DNA of 64,000 bases from Longimicrobiales bacterium (GCA_965219445.1 CBDCNQ010000005.1:1568001-1632000); one strand, 5' to 3'; numbered from the stretch's first letter, positions 10,641 to 21,561 are shown. The notes: a model not told the origin generated them from the letters alone. Made by a program: numbers and translations.

Positions 10641-11791
10641 GAGACGGTATCCATCCGCGGGTTGGGGCGATACCAGCGGCCCGTCTTCGCCAAAGGGCTG
10701 CCCTCTACCAATACGATGTCCGCCGTGAAGTCGTAACTGCCTCGAACCAGCGCCGAGCCCACGCCATAGGAATCCACAGGCACTCCCGCTTCCTTGAAAC
10801 GACGGATCTTGTCCGCATCGAAGCCGCCGGATACCACGATCTTCACATGCCTGAACCCCTCCCCGTCGAGAGCGTCTCGCACCTTCTCCACCAATCTCGG
10901 ATTGACCCCACGGGGATCGAAGTCACCCATCTCCCCCTGAAGGGACTGGTCCACCAGGTCGGCCGCCGTATCGAGGCGGACCGCCCAGAGGCGCTCCCGC
11001 AGGGCCCGTGCCACCGTCAGGGAGGTCTTCACACAATCATTTTCGAAGTCCACGAGGGAAATGATGTTCACGTCGTCGGAGATGTGACGCACCAGGGCTT
11101 CGGTGGCCCTCATGGTGTCCCCGCCGTAGGCGGCGATGAGAGCGTGGGGAACGGTCCCGTCGCCCTCACTCCCCCACCAGGAGGCCTGCGCGTCGGTCGA
11201 GACTCCGATGGCACCGGCCACGTGGGCCGCCCAGCCATCACCGGTCTGTACCATCCAATGGTCATGGCGCGCGGGGAAGAACAGGACCGGTTGGGGCCAG
11301 GCGGCCTCGACGACCTCACGGGTGCGCGTCGCGATCTTGGTGCGACGGCCCAGAACCCCGACGTAGAGCGTCTCGAGGTGGGCGAAGGCCGCGTACGGCC
11401 CACGGATCAGCATGACCGTCTCCCACGGCCCCACACGATCCCCGTCCCGCAAGGAGGATACCTCGAGGTCGGAGAAGGAATAGCCATCGGTCAAGCAGAG
11501 CTTGAGGATGGCGATGGCCTCGTCGGTACCGGCCACCCACGCCCGGTTCTTCTGGAAGACCTGTATCGTTACGACGGGGTCGTGCCCGTCGGCGATCAGC
11601 ACGTCCCGTGCCCGGACAAAGTACTTGTCCGAGTAGTATCCCGCCTTCATCCTCTCTGCCGGGAGCTGGAAAATCTCGGGGTCGAGACGATCCCCGTCCC
11701 GAATGGGATCCGGAGGACCCGCCGAGGCGGTGCTCACCCGACCTCCTCCCGCCGTCGCGTCGTGTAGAAGATGATCCACTCCTTCACCCAT
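10637..11791 (-). CDS. Nicotinate/quinolinate phosphoribosyltransferase family
   Basis: YYSDKYF, GTVPHAL, VRLDT, SGGF and YGVGS motifs; start at 11791 (ATG) or 11737 (GTG after GGAGG). Confidence 0.82.
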   Translation of the reverse strand: MGEGVDHLLHDATAGGGRVSTASAGPPDPIRDGDRLDPEIFQLPAERMKAGYYSDKYFVRARDVLIADGHDPVVTIQVFQKNRAWVAGTDEAIAILKLCLTDGYSFSDLEVSSLRDGDRVGPWETVMLIRGPYAAFAHLETLYVGVLGRRTKIATRTREVVEAAWPQPVLFFPARHDHWMVQTGDGWAAHVAGAIGVSTDAQASWWGSEGDGTVPHALIAAYGGDTMRATEALVRHISDDVNIISLVDFENDCVKTSLTVARALRERLWAVRLDTAADLVDQSLQGEMGDFDPRGVNPRLVEKVRDALDGEGFRHVKIVVSGGFDADKIRRFKEAGVPVDSYGVGSALVRGSYDFTADIVLVEGSPLAKTGRWYRPNPRMDTVS

Positions 11792-12168
11792 ACGCTTCCT
11801 CTCTTGCAGAGATAGTAGGAGGACCGATTCCAGGGGCACGAGCGTTCGACTCTTTGAGAATGGTGCGAAGTTGTCGAACCAGACAGGGGGGACGGCTATA
11901 CGCTCGAGATCTCCCGATCCTTGCCGCTCTGGCACGTGACATGCATAATCGGGCGGGTTACGGACGCTTGGGCTGCGAGGCCCTCCGGTCGCTCTGGCCA
12001 CCACGGTGCCGAGAGGAGGGTCGACTCTGTCGATGAGGACCACCCGCTTCACCAATGAGAAGGCCCCTTGTGGGCAGGCTTAATGTGGTCCACCACGACG
12101 GGACCGTCCTGGAAGACGAGCTCATTTATGGGCCATAGAGTTTCTAGACCTCGGTCCCGGGTCCTGTC

Positions 12169-13908
12169 GTGACCGCTTCTCATGACATAGTACTGGTGGG
12201 GGGCGGCGGAGCAGGATTACGTGCGGCCATTGCCATCGCGGAAGCCAACCCCCGCCTCAGCATCGCCGTCGTCTCCAAGGTGTATCCCATGCGCAGCCAC
12301 ACCGTCTCGGCAGAGGGCGGCGCTGCAGGAGTGATCGCCGAAGACGACTCCCTCGACGAGCACGCCTATGACACCATCTCCGGTGGCGCTTGGCTGTGCG
12401 ATCAAGACGCCGTCGACGAGTTCGTTAAGGAGGCGCCCCAGGAGTTGCTCCGGTTGGAACACTGGGGTTGTCCCTGGAGTCGCACGCCGGAGGGTCGAGT
12501 TGCCGTACGTCCGTTCGGCGGCATGAAGAAGAAGCGAACGTGGTACGCGGCCGATAAGACCGGCTTCCACATGCTCCACACGCTCTTCCAGACCTCCCTC
12601 AAATACACGAGCGTCGTTCGCTACGACGAGTGGTTCGTGACCAAGCTCCTCATCGATGATGGCCGTGTCCAAGGCGTCGTGGCGTTGGAGCTGATGTCCG
12701 GCGAGGTCCAGCCGATTCTGGCCAAAGCCGTCATTCTGTGCACGGGCGGCTGCGGCCGGGTGTTTCCGTTCACCACCAACGCCAGCATCAAGAACGGAGA
12801 CGGCATGGCGTTGGCCTACGCGGCCGGCGCCCCACTCAAGGACATGGAGTACATCCAGTATCACCCGACGGGCCTCCCGTTCACCGGCATCCTCATTACC
12901 GAGGCGGCGCGGGCCGAGGGAGGCTGGTTGCTCAACAAAGACGGCTACCGCTACCTGCAGGACTACGACCTGGGCACGCCGGAGCCGAAACCTGTTCTGC
13001 GGAGCATGGAGCTGGGGCCTCGGGATCGTCTGTCGCAGGCCTTCGTCAAGGAGGTGGAGAAGGGGCAGGCCATCGATGGCCCCTACGGCGCGGTGGTTCA
13101 CCTCGACCTGCGGCATTTGGGCGAGCAGGTCATAGACAGCAAGATTCCGTTTGTGCGCGAGTTGTGTCAGAAATACCAGAACATCGACCCGGTCAAGGAG
13201 ATGATCCCGGTTCGGCCGGTCATCCACTACATAATGGGAGGGGTCCACACCGACATCGACGGTGCTACGACCCTGGCCGGGCTGTACGCGGCTGGTGAGG
13301 TCGCGTGCGTGAGCATCAACGGCGCGAACCGGCTGGGGTCCAATTCCCTAACAGAGCTGCTCGTTTTCGGTGCGCGCGCCGGCCAGGCGGCGGCGGAGTA
13401 TGCGTCCACCCAGAAGGATCCGAGCTCTAGTCTGCTGGCGCAGGCGGAGGATGAAAAGCGGCGTTTGGAGCGCGACTTCCTGCACAAAACGGGTGGCACG
13501 GAGCGCTCCGCCACTATTCGCGAGGAGATGCAGGCGACCATGGAGCAGGGTGCCGGCATCTATCGCTCGGGCGAGGGACTGACCCGGGCGGCCGACCGGC
13601 TGCGCGAGCTTCAGGAGCGCTTTCGAAACGTGGCTGTGGAGGATAGCAGCCGAACGTTCAACACGGAGCTGACCTCCGTCTTGGAGTTGTCATCCATGCT
13701 CGACGTTTCCGAGGCGATGATCCACTCTGCTTTGTGGCGCGAAGAATCCCGGGGAGCACACCAAAGGACCGACTTCACCGACCGTGACGACGAGCGTTTC
13801 TTGGCGCACTCGCTCATCTATCGCAATTCCGACGGCTCCTCCAGAGTCGAATCCCTGCCGGTGACGATCACCCGGTGGCCCCCTGGCGAGCGAGTATACG
13901 GGAGGTAA
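12169..13908 (+). CDS. frdA: Fumarate reductase flavoprotein subunit
   Basis: [16 protein letters not shown] (covalent FAD His), [22 protein letters not shown] and ESRGAH motifs. Confidence 0.92.
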   Translation: MTASHDIVLVGGGGAGLRAAIAIAEANPRLSIAVVSKVYPMRSHTVSAEGGAAGVIAEDDSLDEHAYDTISGGAWLCDQDAVDEFVKEAPQELLRLEHWGCPWSRTPEGRVAVRPFGGMKKKRTWYAADKTGFHMLHTLFQTSLKYTSVVRYDEWFVTKLLIDDGRVQGVVALELMSGEVQPILAKAVILCTGGCGRVFPFTTNASIKNGDGMALAYAAGAPLKDMEYIQYHPTGLPFTGILITEAARAEGGWLLNKDGYRYLQDYDLGTPEPKPVLRSMELGPRDRLSQAFVKEVEKGQAIDGPYGAVVHLDLRHLGEQVIDSKIPFVRELCQKYQNIDPVKEMIPVRPVIHYIMGGVHTDIDGATTLAGLYAAGEVACVSINGANRLGSNSLTELLVFGARAGQAAAEYASTQKDPSSSLLAQAEDEKRRLERDFLHKTGGTERSATIREEMQATMEQGAGIYRSGEGLTRAADRLRELQERFRNVAVEDSSRTFNTELTSVLELSSMLDVSEAMIHSALWREESRGAHQRTDFTDRDDERFLAHSLIYRNSDGSSRVESLPVTITRWPPGERVYGR

Positions 13909-13913
13909 CGACT

Positions 13914-14657
13914 ATGGTTGACCGTATCACAATGCGGCTGGCGCGGTACCGCCCCGAGGAGGAGGACGAGCCAACGTTCGAGGAATACGAGGTGCCGTGC
14001 CACAAGGAGTGGGTGGTTCTCGACGGGCTCAACTACATCAAGGACCAGCTGGACGGCAGCTTGTCGTACCGTTGGTCGTGTCGCATGGGCATTTGCGGTA
14101 GTTGCGGCATGACCGTGAACGGAGAGCCGAAGCTGACATGCGCAACGTTCCTGACTGATTACGCGCCGGGTCCTGTGCATGTCGAGCCGATGCAAAACTT
14201 CCCCATCGTCCGGGACCTCATCGTCGAGATGACGGACTTCATGCAAAAGCTGACCACGATCAAACCCTGGATCGTGCGCGACGAGGAACGGGCTCTGGCG
14301 GAAGGAGAGTACAGGCAAACGCCGGACGAGCTGAGCGAGTACAAGCAGTACAGCATGTGTATCAATTGCATGCTGTGCTACGCCGCCTGCCCGGTTTACG
14401 GCCTCGACCCAGACTTCATCGGGCCGGCCGCGATCGCTCTGGCCCAGCGGTACAATCTCGATTCACGCGACGAGGGATCCGGTGAGCGTCTCGACCTTCT
14501 TTCCCTGCACGAGGGAATCTGGGCCTGCACCTTCGTGGGCGAATGCACTGAGGTCTGTCCGAAGAACGTCGATCCCGCCGGCGCCATTCAGCGTTACAAG
14601 CTGGATGCCGCGCTAACCTCGCTCAAAGATTTACTTTTGCCGTGGGGCGCCAGATGA
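13914..14657 (+). CDS. frdB: Fumarate reductase Fe-S subunit
   Basis: [22 protein letters not shown] and [13 protein letters not shown] motifs. Confidence 0.92.
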   Translation: MVDRITMRLARYRPEEEDEPTFEEYEVPCHKEWVVLDGLNYIKDQLDGSLSYRWSCRMGICGSCGMTVNGEPKLTCATFLTDYAPGPVHVEPMQNFPIVRDLIVEMTDFMQKLTTIKPWIVRDEERALAEGEYRQTPDELSEYKQYSMCINCMLCYAACPVYGLDPDFIGPAAIALAQRYNLDSRDEGSGERLDLLSLHEGIWACTFVGECTEVCPKNVDPAGAIQRYKLDAALTSLKDLLLPWGAR

Positions 14658-15076
14658 GCGAGCAACCGACGTACACGCCTTTCCACCCGCGCTGGTATCG
14701 TCCGCGGATTTCCACGTGGTGGTGGTTGAGGCGGCGGTCCTCGCTCGCGTTCATGTTTCGCGAGCTGAGCAGCATCTTCGTGGCGTGGTTTGTCGTCTTC
14801 TTTCTGCTGCTGGTCTCTGCAGTGGGGCGTGGAGAGGCTGCTTACCAGGAGTTCATGCGTTGGGCCGCGAACCCGGGCATCATGGTCGTGAACCTCGTCA
14901 GCCTGTTCTTTGTCGTATTCCACGCCGTCACTTGGTTCAACCTGGCACCCCAGGCAATGGTGGTGCACATGCGAGGCAAGCGAGTGCCGGGGAAATTGAT
15001 TGCCGCTTCCAACTACGGTGCATGGGTGGTGACCTCTCTCCTGGTGGCGTGGATTTTCCTCGCTGGGTCGAGGTAG
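14654..15076 (+). CDS. frdC: Fumarate reductase membrane anchor C
   Basis: [14 protein letters not shown] and [12 protein letters not shown]; three hydrophobic segments. Confidence 0.85.
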   Translation: MSEQPTYTPFHPRWYRPRISTWWWLRRRSSLAFMFRELSSIFVAWFVVFFLLLVSAVGRGEAAYQEFMRWAANPGIMVVNLVSLFFVVFHAVTWFNLAPQAMVVHMRGKRVPGKLIAASNYGAWVVTSLLVAWIFLAGSR

Positions 15077-15078
15077 CG

Positions 15079-15432
15079 ATGGCAAGGCTAACGCTCGAGC
15101 CGCTCTTGTGGATTCTCTTCAGCGCCGGAGGCGTGGTGGCCGCCCTGGTGATCCCGGTCCTGCTGTTGCTGTTCGGCCTCGCGTTCCCTCTCGGCTGGCT
15201 CTCGCCCCCCAGTCATGCGCACATGCTCGCGGTGCTCGGCCACCCACTTTCGCGCGTGACGATTTTCGTCTCGTGCACGTTGTTGCTGTTCCACTGGGCG
15301 CACCGCTTTCGCTTCACACTGTACGACGCGTTGCAGATCAAGCACCTGAACAAGTTGATCGTCCTGCTGTCTTACGGGGCCGTGCTCGTCGGTACCGTTG
15401 CTGCAGGGTATCTCGTCTGGCAGCTTCCCTAG
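15079..15432 (+). CDS. frdD: Fumarate reductase membrane anchor D
   Basis: EPLLWILFSAGG and FHWAHR motifs; ATG 2 nt after the frdC stop. Confidence 0.85.
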   Translation: MARLTLEPLLWILFSAGGVVAALVIPVLLLLFGLAFPLGWLSPPSHAHMLAVLGHPLSRVTIFVSCTLLLFHWAHRFRFTLYDALQIKHLNKLIVLLSYGAVLVGTVAAGYLVWQLP

Positions 15433-15476
15433 GGGTAGAGCGACACTGAGGAGGCCCCTAATCGGAACTCAGGCCG

Positions 15477-17288
15477 CTAGGCCGCCGCGGGTCGCAGGCA
15501 GGCGGCACAGAATCTCCACCTCCTTCTCACGACGGCTCCACACGTACATAGGCGCCGCGCCACTCGCCCACAGTGCGGGCAGCCCATGGCGTCCCACGGC
15601 ACCTCGCCTCCGCAGTCGGGGCAAGGTATGACGGACCCCACGTCACTCTGAATAACTCGGGCCGCCTCGTGCGGAGACGTGAGGCCTTCGGCCACCTTCC
15701 GGCTCACGTCCTCCGTGAGGGATGCCATTCCGCTTTCGGACGCGAGGCGCCCGAGATCGGACGTCGAGGCGCCGCGCATGATCTGGTCTCGAATCGCGTC
15801 GTTCATCGCGAGCACCTGGAAGACCCCGGTCCGGCCCGAGTACCCGTCTGTGCACCGGGTACAGGCTTCGGGGTTCCGGCCACGGCAGAACCGACAAAAG
15901 GTCCTCACTAGCCGCTGGGCCACAACGGCACTCAGACCGCCTGCTACCAAATGGGGCGGCACTCCCATGTGGAGCAGCCTTGTGATGGCTCCGGGGGCGT
16001 CGGTCGCATGAATGGTGGACAGCACGAGGTGGCCCGTAACGGCAGCACCCATGGCGATTTCCGCTGTCTCACGATCCCGGATTTCGCCGACCATTACGAC
16101 GTCTGGATCCTGCCGGAGGATGGCGCGGAGAGCTACGGGAAAGGTCAGCCCGGCGAGCGGCCTCACTTGGACCTGATTGATGCCAGGGAGTTGGTACTCC
16201 ATAGGATCCTCGAGCGTGACCACGTTGAGCCTCTCCTGGTTCAACTCGCCCAGCGCCGCGAACAGACTGCTACTCTTTCCGCTGCCGGTCGGCCCGGCAG
16301 CGAGAATCACGCCCTGCCCTGCCCGGCCGAGTCGCCTCACGAGGGAGGCATCGCGCTCGGAGAGTCCAAGCCCGTCGAGGTTCCGAGGCACTTGGAGCGG
16401 ATCCAGAAGCCTGAGCACGATCTTTTCTCCCCCCGCCACAGGAAGTGCCGACGCCCTAATCCTGAGAGATCCAGCTGCATGCTCGACGGCGAGACCGCCG
16501 TCCTGCGGCTTTCTCTTCACGGAAATATCCATTCCGGACATCACCTTGATCCGTGAGGTGATAGAAGCCATGCCGCTCCCCGGAAGAGTGAGGAAGCGGC
16601 GCAGTACACCGTCAATGCGGTAGCGGATCAGAACCCGACCCGCGAACGGTTCGAGATGGATGTCGCTGGCTCCCAGGGCTGCGGCATGGTGAATGATATG
16701 ATCCACGAGTCGAACGACGGGTGCGGCCGCTGCGGCGGCCTTCAACGTCCCGTCGTCCTCTGAATTGGCGTCGTACGCTGGCAGGTTATTGACCAGCTCT
16801 GCCAGCTCCCCCGCGTATGCCGTGCGGATCCCCTCGGCTATGGTGGAAGGAGCGGCCACGATGGGTTCGACGTGGCGCCCGCTGCTGAAACGCAGCTCCT
16901 CCAGCGTCCCCTGGTCTAGCGGGTCGGAAACGGCCAGCCGGAGGGTTCGGTCAGTGGCCGACAACGGAAGAATGGCCCGAGCGCGGGCCAGCCCGGCGTC
17001 TACGAAGCCCAGGGCCTCGGCCTCGCAGATCAGGGGCCCCTCGGCGAAAGGGAGTCTGAGTTGAGACGCTAGCGATCGAGCGACGGCCCCGTCGTCGACG
17101 TATCCCCTTCGGACGAGAATGTTGCCGAGCCGCCGCCCGGAATCTTTCTGCTCGTCCAGCGCAGCGCGCAGATGTCGTTGTTCGAGCTGGCCAGATTCCA
17201 CAAGCGACTGGCCGAGCGGAAGAGGTCTCGTGGCCATCGGCACACGTTGGAGCATCCCCGCGCGCGTTGCCATGACCAGATCGGCCAT
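15477..17288 (-). CDS. GspE/PilB-family ATPase with N-terminal MshEN domain and C-terminal double zinc ribbon
   Basis: Tandem LGxxLVxxG motifs; SDIHLEP, GPTGSGKS, LEDPME, LRQDPDVVMVGEIRD and TGHLVLST; terminal CPDC/CPHC/CTC/CAAC. Confidence 0.88.
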   Translation of the reverse strand: MADLVMATRAGMLQRVPMATRPLPLGQSLVESGQLEQRHLRAALDEQKDSGRRLGNILVRRGYVDDGAVARSLASQLRLPFAEGPLICEAEALGFVDAGLARARAILPLSATDRTLRLAVSDPLDQGTLEELRFSSGRHVEPIVAAPSTIAEGIRTAYAGELAELVNNLPAYDANSEDDGTLKAAAAAAPVVRLVDHIIHHAAALGASDIHLEPFAGRVLIRYRIDGVLRRFLTLPGSGMASITSRIKVMSGMDISVKRKPQDGGLAVEHAAGSLRIRASALPVAGGEKIVLRLLDPLQVPRNLDGLGLSERDASLVRRLGRAGQGVILAAGPTGSGKSSSLFAALGELNQERLNVVTLEDPMEYQLPGINQVQVRPLAGLTFPVALRAILRQDPDVVMVGEIRDRETAEIAMGAAVTGHLVLSTIHATDAPGAITRLLHMGVPPHLVAGGLSAVVAQRLVRTFCRFCRGRNPEACTRCTDGYSGRTGVFQVLAMNDAIRDQIMRGASTSDLGRLASESGMASLTEDVSRKVAEGLTSPHEAARVIQSDVGSVIPCPDCGGEVPWDAMGCPHCGRVARRLCTCGAVVRRRWRFCAACLRPAAA

Positions 17289-17341
17289 GAGGGACTACCT
17301 GGAACGGGACGGAGAGATGGACTACAGGACGACAGGAGATA

Positions 17342-17941
17342 CTACGGGATCAGATCGATCGACTCGTCGTCTGGTGGCTGCACGTCCACGGGCCGCACGT
17401 CCATGGTGACCTGCACCGCGATGTGGCCCATGTCGGCGCGGTCCCGGAGGGCGTCCCGAACCCTCGGCTCGACCTTCCTGTACGCGGCTAGTACGCCATC
17501 TCGGATCTCCCTGCGGAGCACCTTCAACGCGTTGACATCGGGGCGGCTCGTCTTCGTTTCCTTCTTTGCTTCGACAAGGCGCTCCGGGAAGATCTCGAAC
17601 GGGGCCATTCCGATATCGTCGAGCCGAGCCGAATCGATGTACTGGATGGAAACCGAAACGTCGCCACGCGCATGGTGCGTCGGGATGTCGCCGACGGCAC
17701 GGAAGTGCGACGCCAACTTCCCGAGCTCCGCGTTTGACGCTGCCTTCGTGTAGCTGCGTTCCACGATGGCGAATATGCGCTTCATACGCTCCGGTGTCGT
17801 TGCGTCCACATCTGGAATTTCTGTCTCTAGCTCCCGGCCGACAGCCTGGCGGTCCTGCCCAGCTTGAGCCTCCTCTTCCCGGATCCTTTGCCGATCGATG
17901 TTCTCAAGAATTCGGTCAGGGTTTGTCCGAAGCCCCATCAC
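17342..17941 (-). CDS. Hypothetical protein
   Basis: GGAGAG RBS, charged protein-like sequence, co-oriented with the ATPase. Confidence 0.6.
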   Translation of the reverse strand: MMGLRTNPDRILENIDRQRIREEEAQAGQDRQAVGRELETEIPDVDATTPERMKRIFAIVERSYTKAASNAELGKLASHFRAVGDIPTHHARGDVSVSIQYIDSARLDDIGMAPFEIFPERLVEAKKETKTSRPDVNALKVLRREIRDGVLAAYRKVEPRVRDALRDRADMGHIAVQVTMDVRPVDVQPPDDESIDLIP

Positions 17942-18077
17942 TCTCTCCGTAACACAGGCATTAAAAGCGTTCGTTCATGCTCTACAGCAAACGATAACCT
18001 GATCTGTCTGTCACGGCCAAGTGGTTCCGGCTGTCGGCTGGTGACCGTGGCGACGGGCCGAAGAAGATGATTTCGCC

Positions 18078-18452
18078 GTGGCTGTCCGCATCGTAGACTG
18101 GACACGTCGTACCTCCCACCTCAGCAAAAGAATGATTAGAGGGGCCACCGGCGCCAGAGGTGAAATCTTGAATACGAAGGAAGTGGGCCAACTCCAGTGC
18201 CAGCGGCACGAGTTTGGCCTTCCGGACGGGTGGCGGGCCGATCATCTGTTCGGATTGCGTATGCCGGAGGGCTTGAAGTTGGAGGCACTGAAGGAGGAGC
18301 TGGAGTCACGACGAATCTTTGTGTCACTGAGGGGAAATGCGCTTCGCGTGTCGCCCCGCGTCTACAACGACGAGAGCGACGTGGGGGCTTTGATCGAAGC
18401 GCTTCAGGACGTCGTGACCCCGACGACTAGTGCGGGCAGCAAGGGCCTGTAA
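18078..18452 (+). pseudogene. C-terminal remnant of a class V aminotransferase (cysteine desulfurase-like)
   Basis: Only the last ~80 aa look like the family C-terminus (RIFVSLRGNALRVSPRVYNDESDV); no PLP-lysine region. Confidence 0.55.
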
Positions 18453-18505
18453 CGAACACGCTCGGCTTCTCCAGGCAGTCCGCAGGGGGCGGAACTCTCC
18501 GGGGT

Positions 18506-18964
18506 CTACCGCGAAAAGATCAGCTGGCAGCGGTCGCCGACCGCGATGCCTTTTTCGGCGAACCACCCCTGTCGGACCTCGAGGGCGAACATCGCGGGTC
18601 TCGCGCCGTCATGGATGTCGGTGGTTTCGGGCTCCATCTGCTGTATATCGACGACCCTGAAGTCGGCGTCGATGAAGGCGAGGTCGAGCGCGACGTACGT
18701 ATTCTGCATCCAGAACGAGCGCTCCCCCTCCGTGTCGAAGACGAAGAGCATACCGGTGCCCTCGGGGACGGCATCTCGGTACATGAGACCCCGAGATCTG
18801 AGGGCAGGCGTATTCGCTACCTCCGCGCGCACCGTATCACTGCCGAAGACGACCAATGCGGTGGCCACACGCGAGGCCAAGGGGTCCTTTAGCCGAACGG
18901 CCGCGTCCGAGCTCGCGTGTGGTAGGGCCATTGTTGTGGTTAGCAGAAGGATGAGTGATTTCAT
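18506..18964 (-). CDS. DUF192 family protein
   Basis: EVANTP..R.RGLM, GMLFVF and FWMQNTYVALD motifs; signal peptide. Confidence 0.85.
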   Translation of the reverse strand: MKSLILLLTTTMALPHASSDAAVRLKDPLASRVATALVVFGSDTVRAEVANTPALRSRGLMYRDAVPEGTGMLFVFDTEGERSFWMQNTYVALDLAFIDADFRVVDIQQMEPETTDIHDGARPAMFALEVRQGWFAEKGIAVGDRCQLIFSR

Positions 18965-19087
18965 TGTTCGTCGCTGGCCGCGCTCCGACTCCCCACCGGA
19001 TGGCGAGGGTGATAGATTCCCGCGTTGAACTCCCCATCGTGAAGCAAAACGTGTCTTCCATACCGAGCTTGAGACGAAGGCGTTCCC

Positions 19088-19345
19088 ATGGTCGATCCTG
19101 AACTACTCGAGATTCTTGTATGCCCTGAGACTCACCAACCGGTGCGCCCTGCCGAGGCGGAGGTTCTGGATCGACTCAATCGGGCGATCCGGTCCGGAGG
19201 CGTGACCAATCGAGGCGGTAGTGAGGTGGTCGATCCAGTTGAAGAGGGCCTTGTGCGAGAGGACGACAAGATCCTATACCCGGTTCGGGAGGATATTCCG
19301 ATCATGTTGATCGATGAGGCCATCGAGCTCGACAAGCTGGCCTGA
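19088..19345 (+). CDS. Trm112-like protein
   Basis: LLEILVCP...YPVREDIPIML. Confidence 0.85.
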   Translation: MVDPELLEILVCPETHQPVRPAEAEVLDRLNRAIRSGGVTNRGGSEVVDPVEEGLVREDDKILYPVREDIPIMLIDEAIELDKLA

Positions 19346-19508
19346 GTGCCTGCTATGACGTACGGCTTCCGGTCGTGACCCGCGGGAGGTCCCCGGCTGA
19401 ACCGATCGAGGCTATCTTAGCGACGCCATCTTGGCGACACTATCTTGATATCCGGACTTGGACCCGGAACCGATTTTCCGGGCCACGCGTCACACGGAGA
19501 TACACGGC

Positions 19509-19709
19509 TTGTCCCTCATCAGCTTTCATCGGATCCTCATCGCTACCGCCATCTTGTTTTGCGCAGGATACGGCGTGTACGAACTCTCCGCATTCACCAA
19601 GGGCGGGGGAAACGGATCCCTGGTGATTTCGGGACTCTTCTTCGTCTTCACGGCTGCCCTGACCTACTATCTCCGGCACCTGAAGCACTTCCTCGGCATC
19701 GAGAAGTAG
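19509..19709 (+). CDS. Small two-TM membrane protein
   Basis: GGAG then TTG at 19509; two hydrophobic segments (FHRILIATAILF; GLFFVFTAALTYYL). Confidence 0.55.
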   Translation: MSLISFHRILIATAILFCAGYGVYELSAFTKGGGNGSLVISGLFFVFTAALTYYLRHLKHFLGIEK

Positions 19710-19712
19710 GGC

Positions 19713-20675
19713 TCAGGCCGTCTTGTCCATCGGATGGGCCGCGAGCGCCTGCCGCAGTTTCGGGTGCTTGACCCACAGATAGTATCCCATTGACAAGGTG
19801 GCTAGAACGTTGCCCACCAGAATCGCCCACCAGGCCAAGGCACTGAGCAGAAACTCGGCCGACAGCGCCATCAGTCCCATGAAGAACGCTTCGAAGGCCG
19901 CGAAGAGCATCACGGCACCGATGATGAGCGGAGGCGTGTCCTCGGCATACCCGGCGATGGCTGCCGCGATGAAGCCCGTGGCGAAGAAGGCGCCGATGTG
20001 GATGATGCTGTAGCCGGCCACCGTGGCCAACGAGACGTTTACAGTGGTCGGATCCGAGGAGCCGAGAAAGAGCGCCGAGCCGAGCGCGCCGGGCGTGAAG
20101 AAGGGCTGTCCTCGTCCCATGTCGATGATCAGGAACCACAGCGCGACGGTGCCCGCCCCGACGAGCCCCGCCATGGAGCCTTCCTTGAATACCCTATTCT
20201 GGCCGACGATGGCCCACCACGATACGGGTTGCGTCGCGCCGGCGAAGTGGAGAAAGCGCATGAGAGACACACCGGCGATGAGGTTGCCCACCAGAACGGC
20301 AGGCCACCCGAACTCACCAATGACGTCGACCCCCGTGACCGTGACGCTCGTGTAGAAGACCAGATCGAAGAGCCCGAAGCCGAGGACCAGCCCCAGGAAT
20401 AAGCTCGGTGTCGGTGGGATCTTGGGGAGGACCCACGATACGCCGACACCCAAGACGATGAAGGCGACGTAGTGAATGAGGGTGTAGAGAAGCACAGGAC
20501 CGGCGGTCGGTTCGAGGGCATCTCGGCCCAAGAGAGCGCCTCCCAGGAACCCCGGCGTACGGAAAGGCTCACCCTGGGAGCCGTCGATCACCAAGAACCA
20601 GAAGGCGAGAGCAGTGGCGCCGATCACTCCGGCGACTACTCCACGGGGAACGAGGCCTCTAAACCGTATACTCAT
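19713..20675 (-). CDS. Polytopic membrane protein made of two internal repeats
   Basis: Two copies of AG..GA...A.WFL.ID...G.PF.TPG.LG.AL....Y..IH..AF. Confidence 0.75.
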   Translation of the reverse strand: MSIRFRGLVPRGVVAGVIGATALAFWFLVIDGSQGEPFRTPGFLGGALLGRDALEPTAGPVLLYTLIHYVAFIVLGVGVSWVLPKIPPTPSLFLGLVLGFGLFDLVFYTSVTVTGVDVIGEFGWPAVLVGNLIAGVSLMRFLHFAGATQPVSWWAIVGQNRVFKEGSMAGLVGAGTVALWFLIIDMGRGQPFFTPGALGSALFLGSSDPTTVNVSLATVAGYSIIHIGAFFATGFIAAAIAGYAEDTPPLIIGAVMLFAAFEAFFMGLMALSAEFLLSALAWWAILVGNVLATLSMGYYLWVKHPKLRQALAAHPMDKTA

Positions 20676-20711
20676 GGTTCACCCCCTTGCCTGGTCGTTT
20701 TGGTCGGCTAG

Positions 20712-20834
20712 CTAGCGCTCCTCGCGATATTTCTTAAATAGGAAGATCACTGCCGCGATGCCCACCGCCACGGGTATGGCGGCCATGAGGAGGCCGCCAA
20801 CGAGCAACCCGAGCCTCAGACCTTCATTGTCCAC
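20712..20834 (-). CDS. 40-aa single-TM protein (not in the ORF track)
   Basis: Read by hand: GTG start, MDNEGLRLGLLVGGLLMAAIPVAVGIAAVIFLFKKYREER*; ends 37 nt before the next co-oriented gene. Confidence 0.55.
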   Translation of the reverse strand: MDNEGLRLGLLVGGLLMAAIPVAVGIAAVIFLFKKYREER

Positions 20835-20913
20835 GGCTGTGATCTCAAAGGAAAATGAACGGGATGGCGGCCCTCGGCCGCCGTGACAGCACTAGCCAGG
20901 ATAACGAGCAGAA

Positions 20914-20946
20914 GCCCGGACGGAAACCAATGGTTCCCGTCCGGGC
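20914..20946 (-). terminator. Hairpin after coxIV, probable intrinsic terminator
   Basis: Minus strand gcccggacgggaacca-t-tggtttccgtccgggc followed by a weak U-tract (ttct). Confidence 0.55.
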
Positions 20947-20970
20947 CTCCACGACCCTTTAGTGGGGTCT

Positions 20971-21240
20971 CTAGAACTCGGTAATGACAGCCAATACGAG
21001 GATGACTGCCAGGGGAAGCGGTGACACCGCCAGAACCCACAACCGTCTCGGCTCGTATCGCAGATGCATGTAATACATCGCCACCAAGAGCGCCTTCCAA
21101 AGCGCCATGAGAATGAGTCCCACCGCCAATACCACCTTCGGTAGATCCAGGAAGGCGTATCCTAGCTCACCCAGAGTGAGCACGAGAAGTATGAACCAAA
21201 TCAGGATATAGCGCGGGTGCGCGTGTTCTTGCTCTTCCAT
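20971..21240 (-). CDS. Cytochrome c oxidase subunit IV family protein
   Basis: Y..IW..L.VLT..E and KA.LVA.YYMHLRYE motifs. Confidence 0.85.
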   Translation of the reverse strand: MEEQEHAHPRYILIWFILLVLTLGELGYAFLDLPKVVLAVGLILMALWKALLVAMYYMHLRYEPRRLWVLAVSPLPLAVILVLAVITEF

Positions 21241-21258
21241 GATTGCTCCCCGCCGTCA

Positions 21259-21561
21259 GAAGGCTGTTGAAGGAGTACAGTGGGCCGCGTTGCGGATGCC
21301 ACGGTCCCAGACCCTAGGCGGAGCGACGACGCCATAGCCGTAGCTATGGCTAGGAGCTCCAACAACGGAGATGGGGCCGTGCCACCGCAACCCTTCGACT
21401 TGTAAGGTCATGTCATTCCTGTTTGTGGGCACAGGGCGGTTGTGCGGTTGATCCGGCGTCTCTCCTCCTCGGAGTAGCTCTGCTACGCCTCGTCGTCGTT
21501 CCTTGCCTGAACGCGCACAAGCGCCCTGTGCGCGACCCGCTGTACTCCTTCAACAGCCTTC
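21259..21561. mobile_element. MITE-like element (~303 bp) between coxIII and coxIV
   Basis: Terminal inverted repeat gaaggctgttgaaggagtacag(t/c)ggg(c/t)cgcg; tca on both sides (21256-58 and 21562-64); no transposase. Confidence 0.8.
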
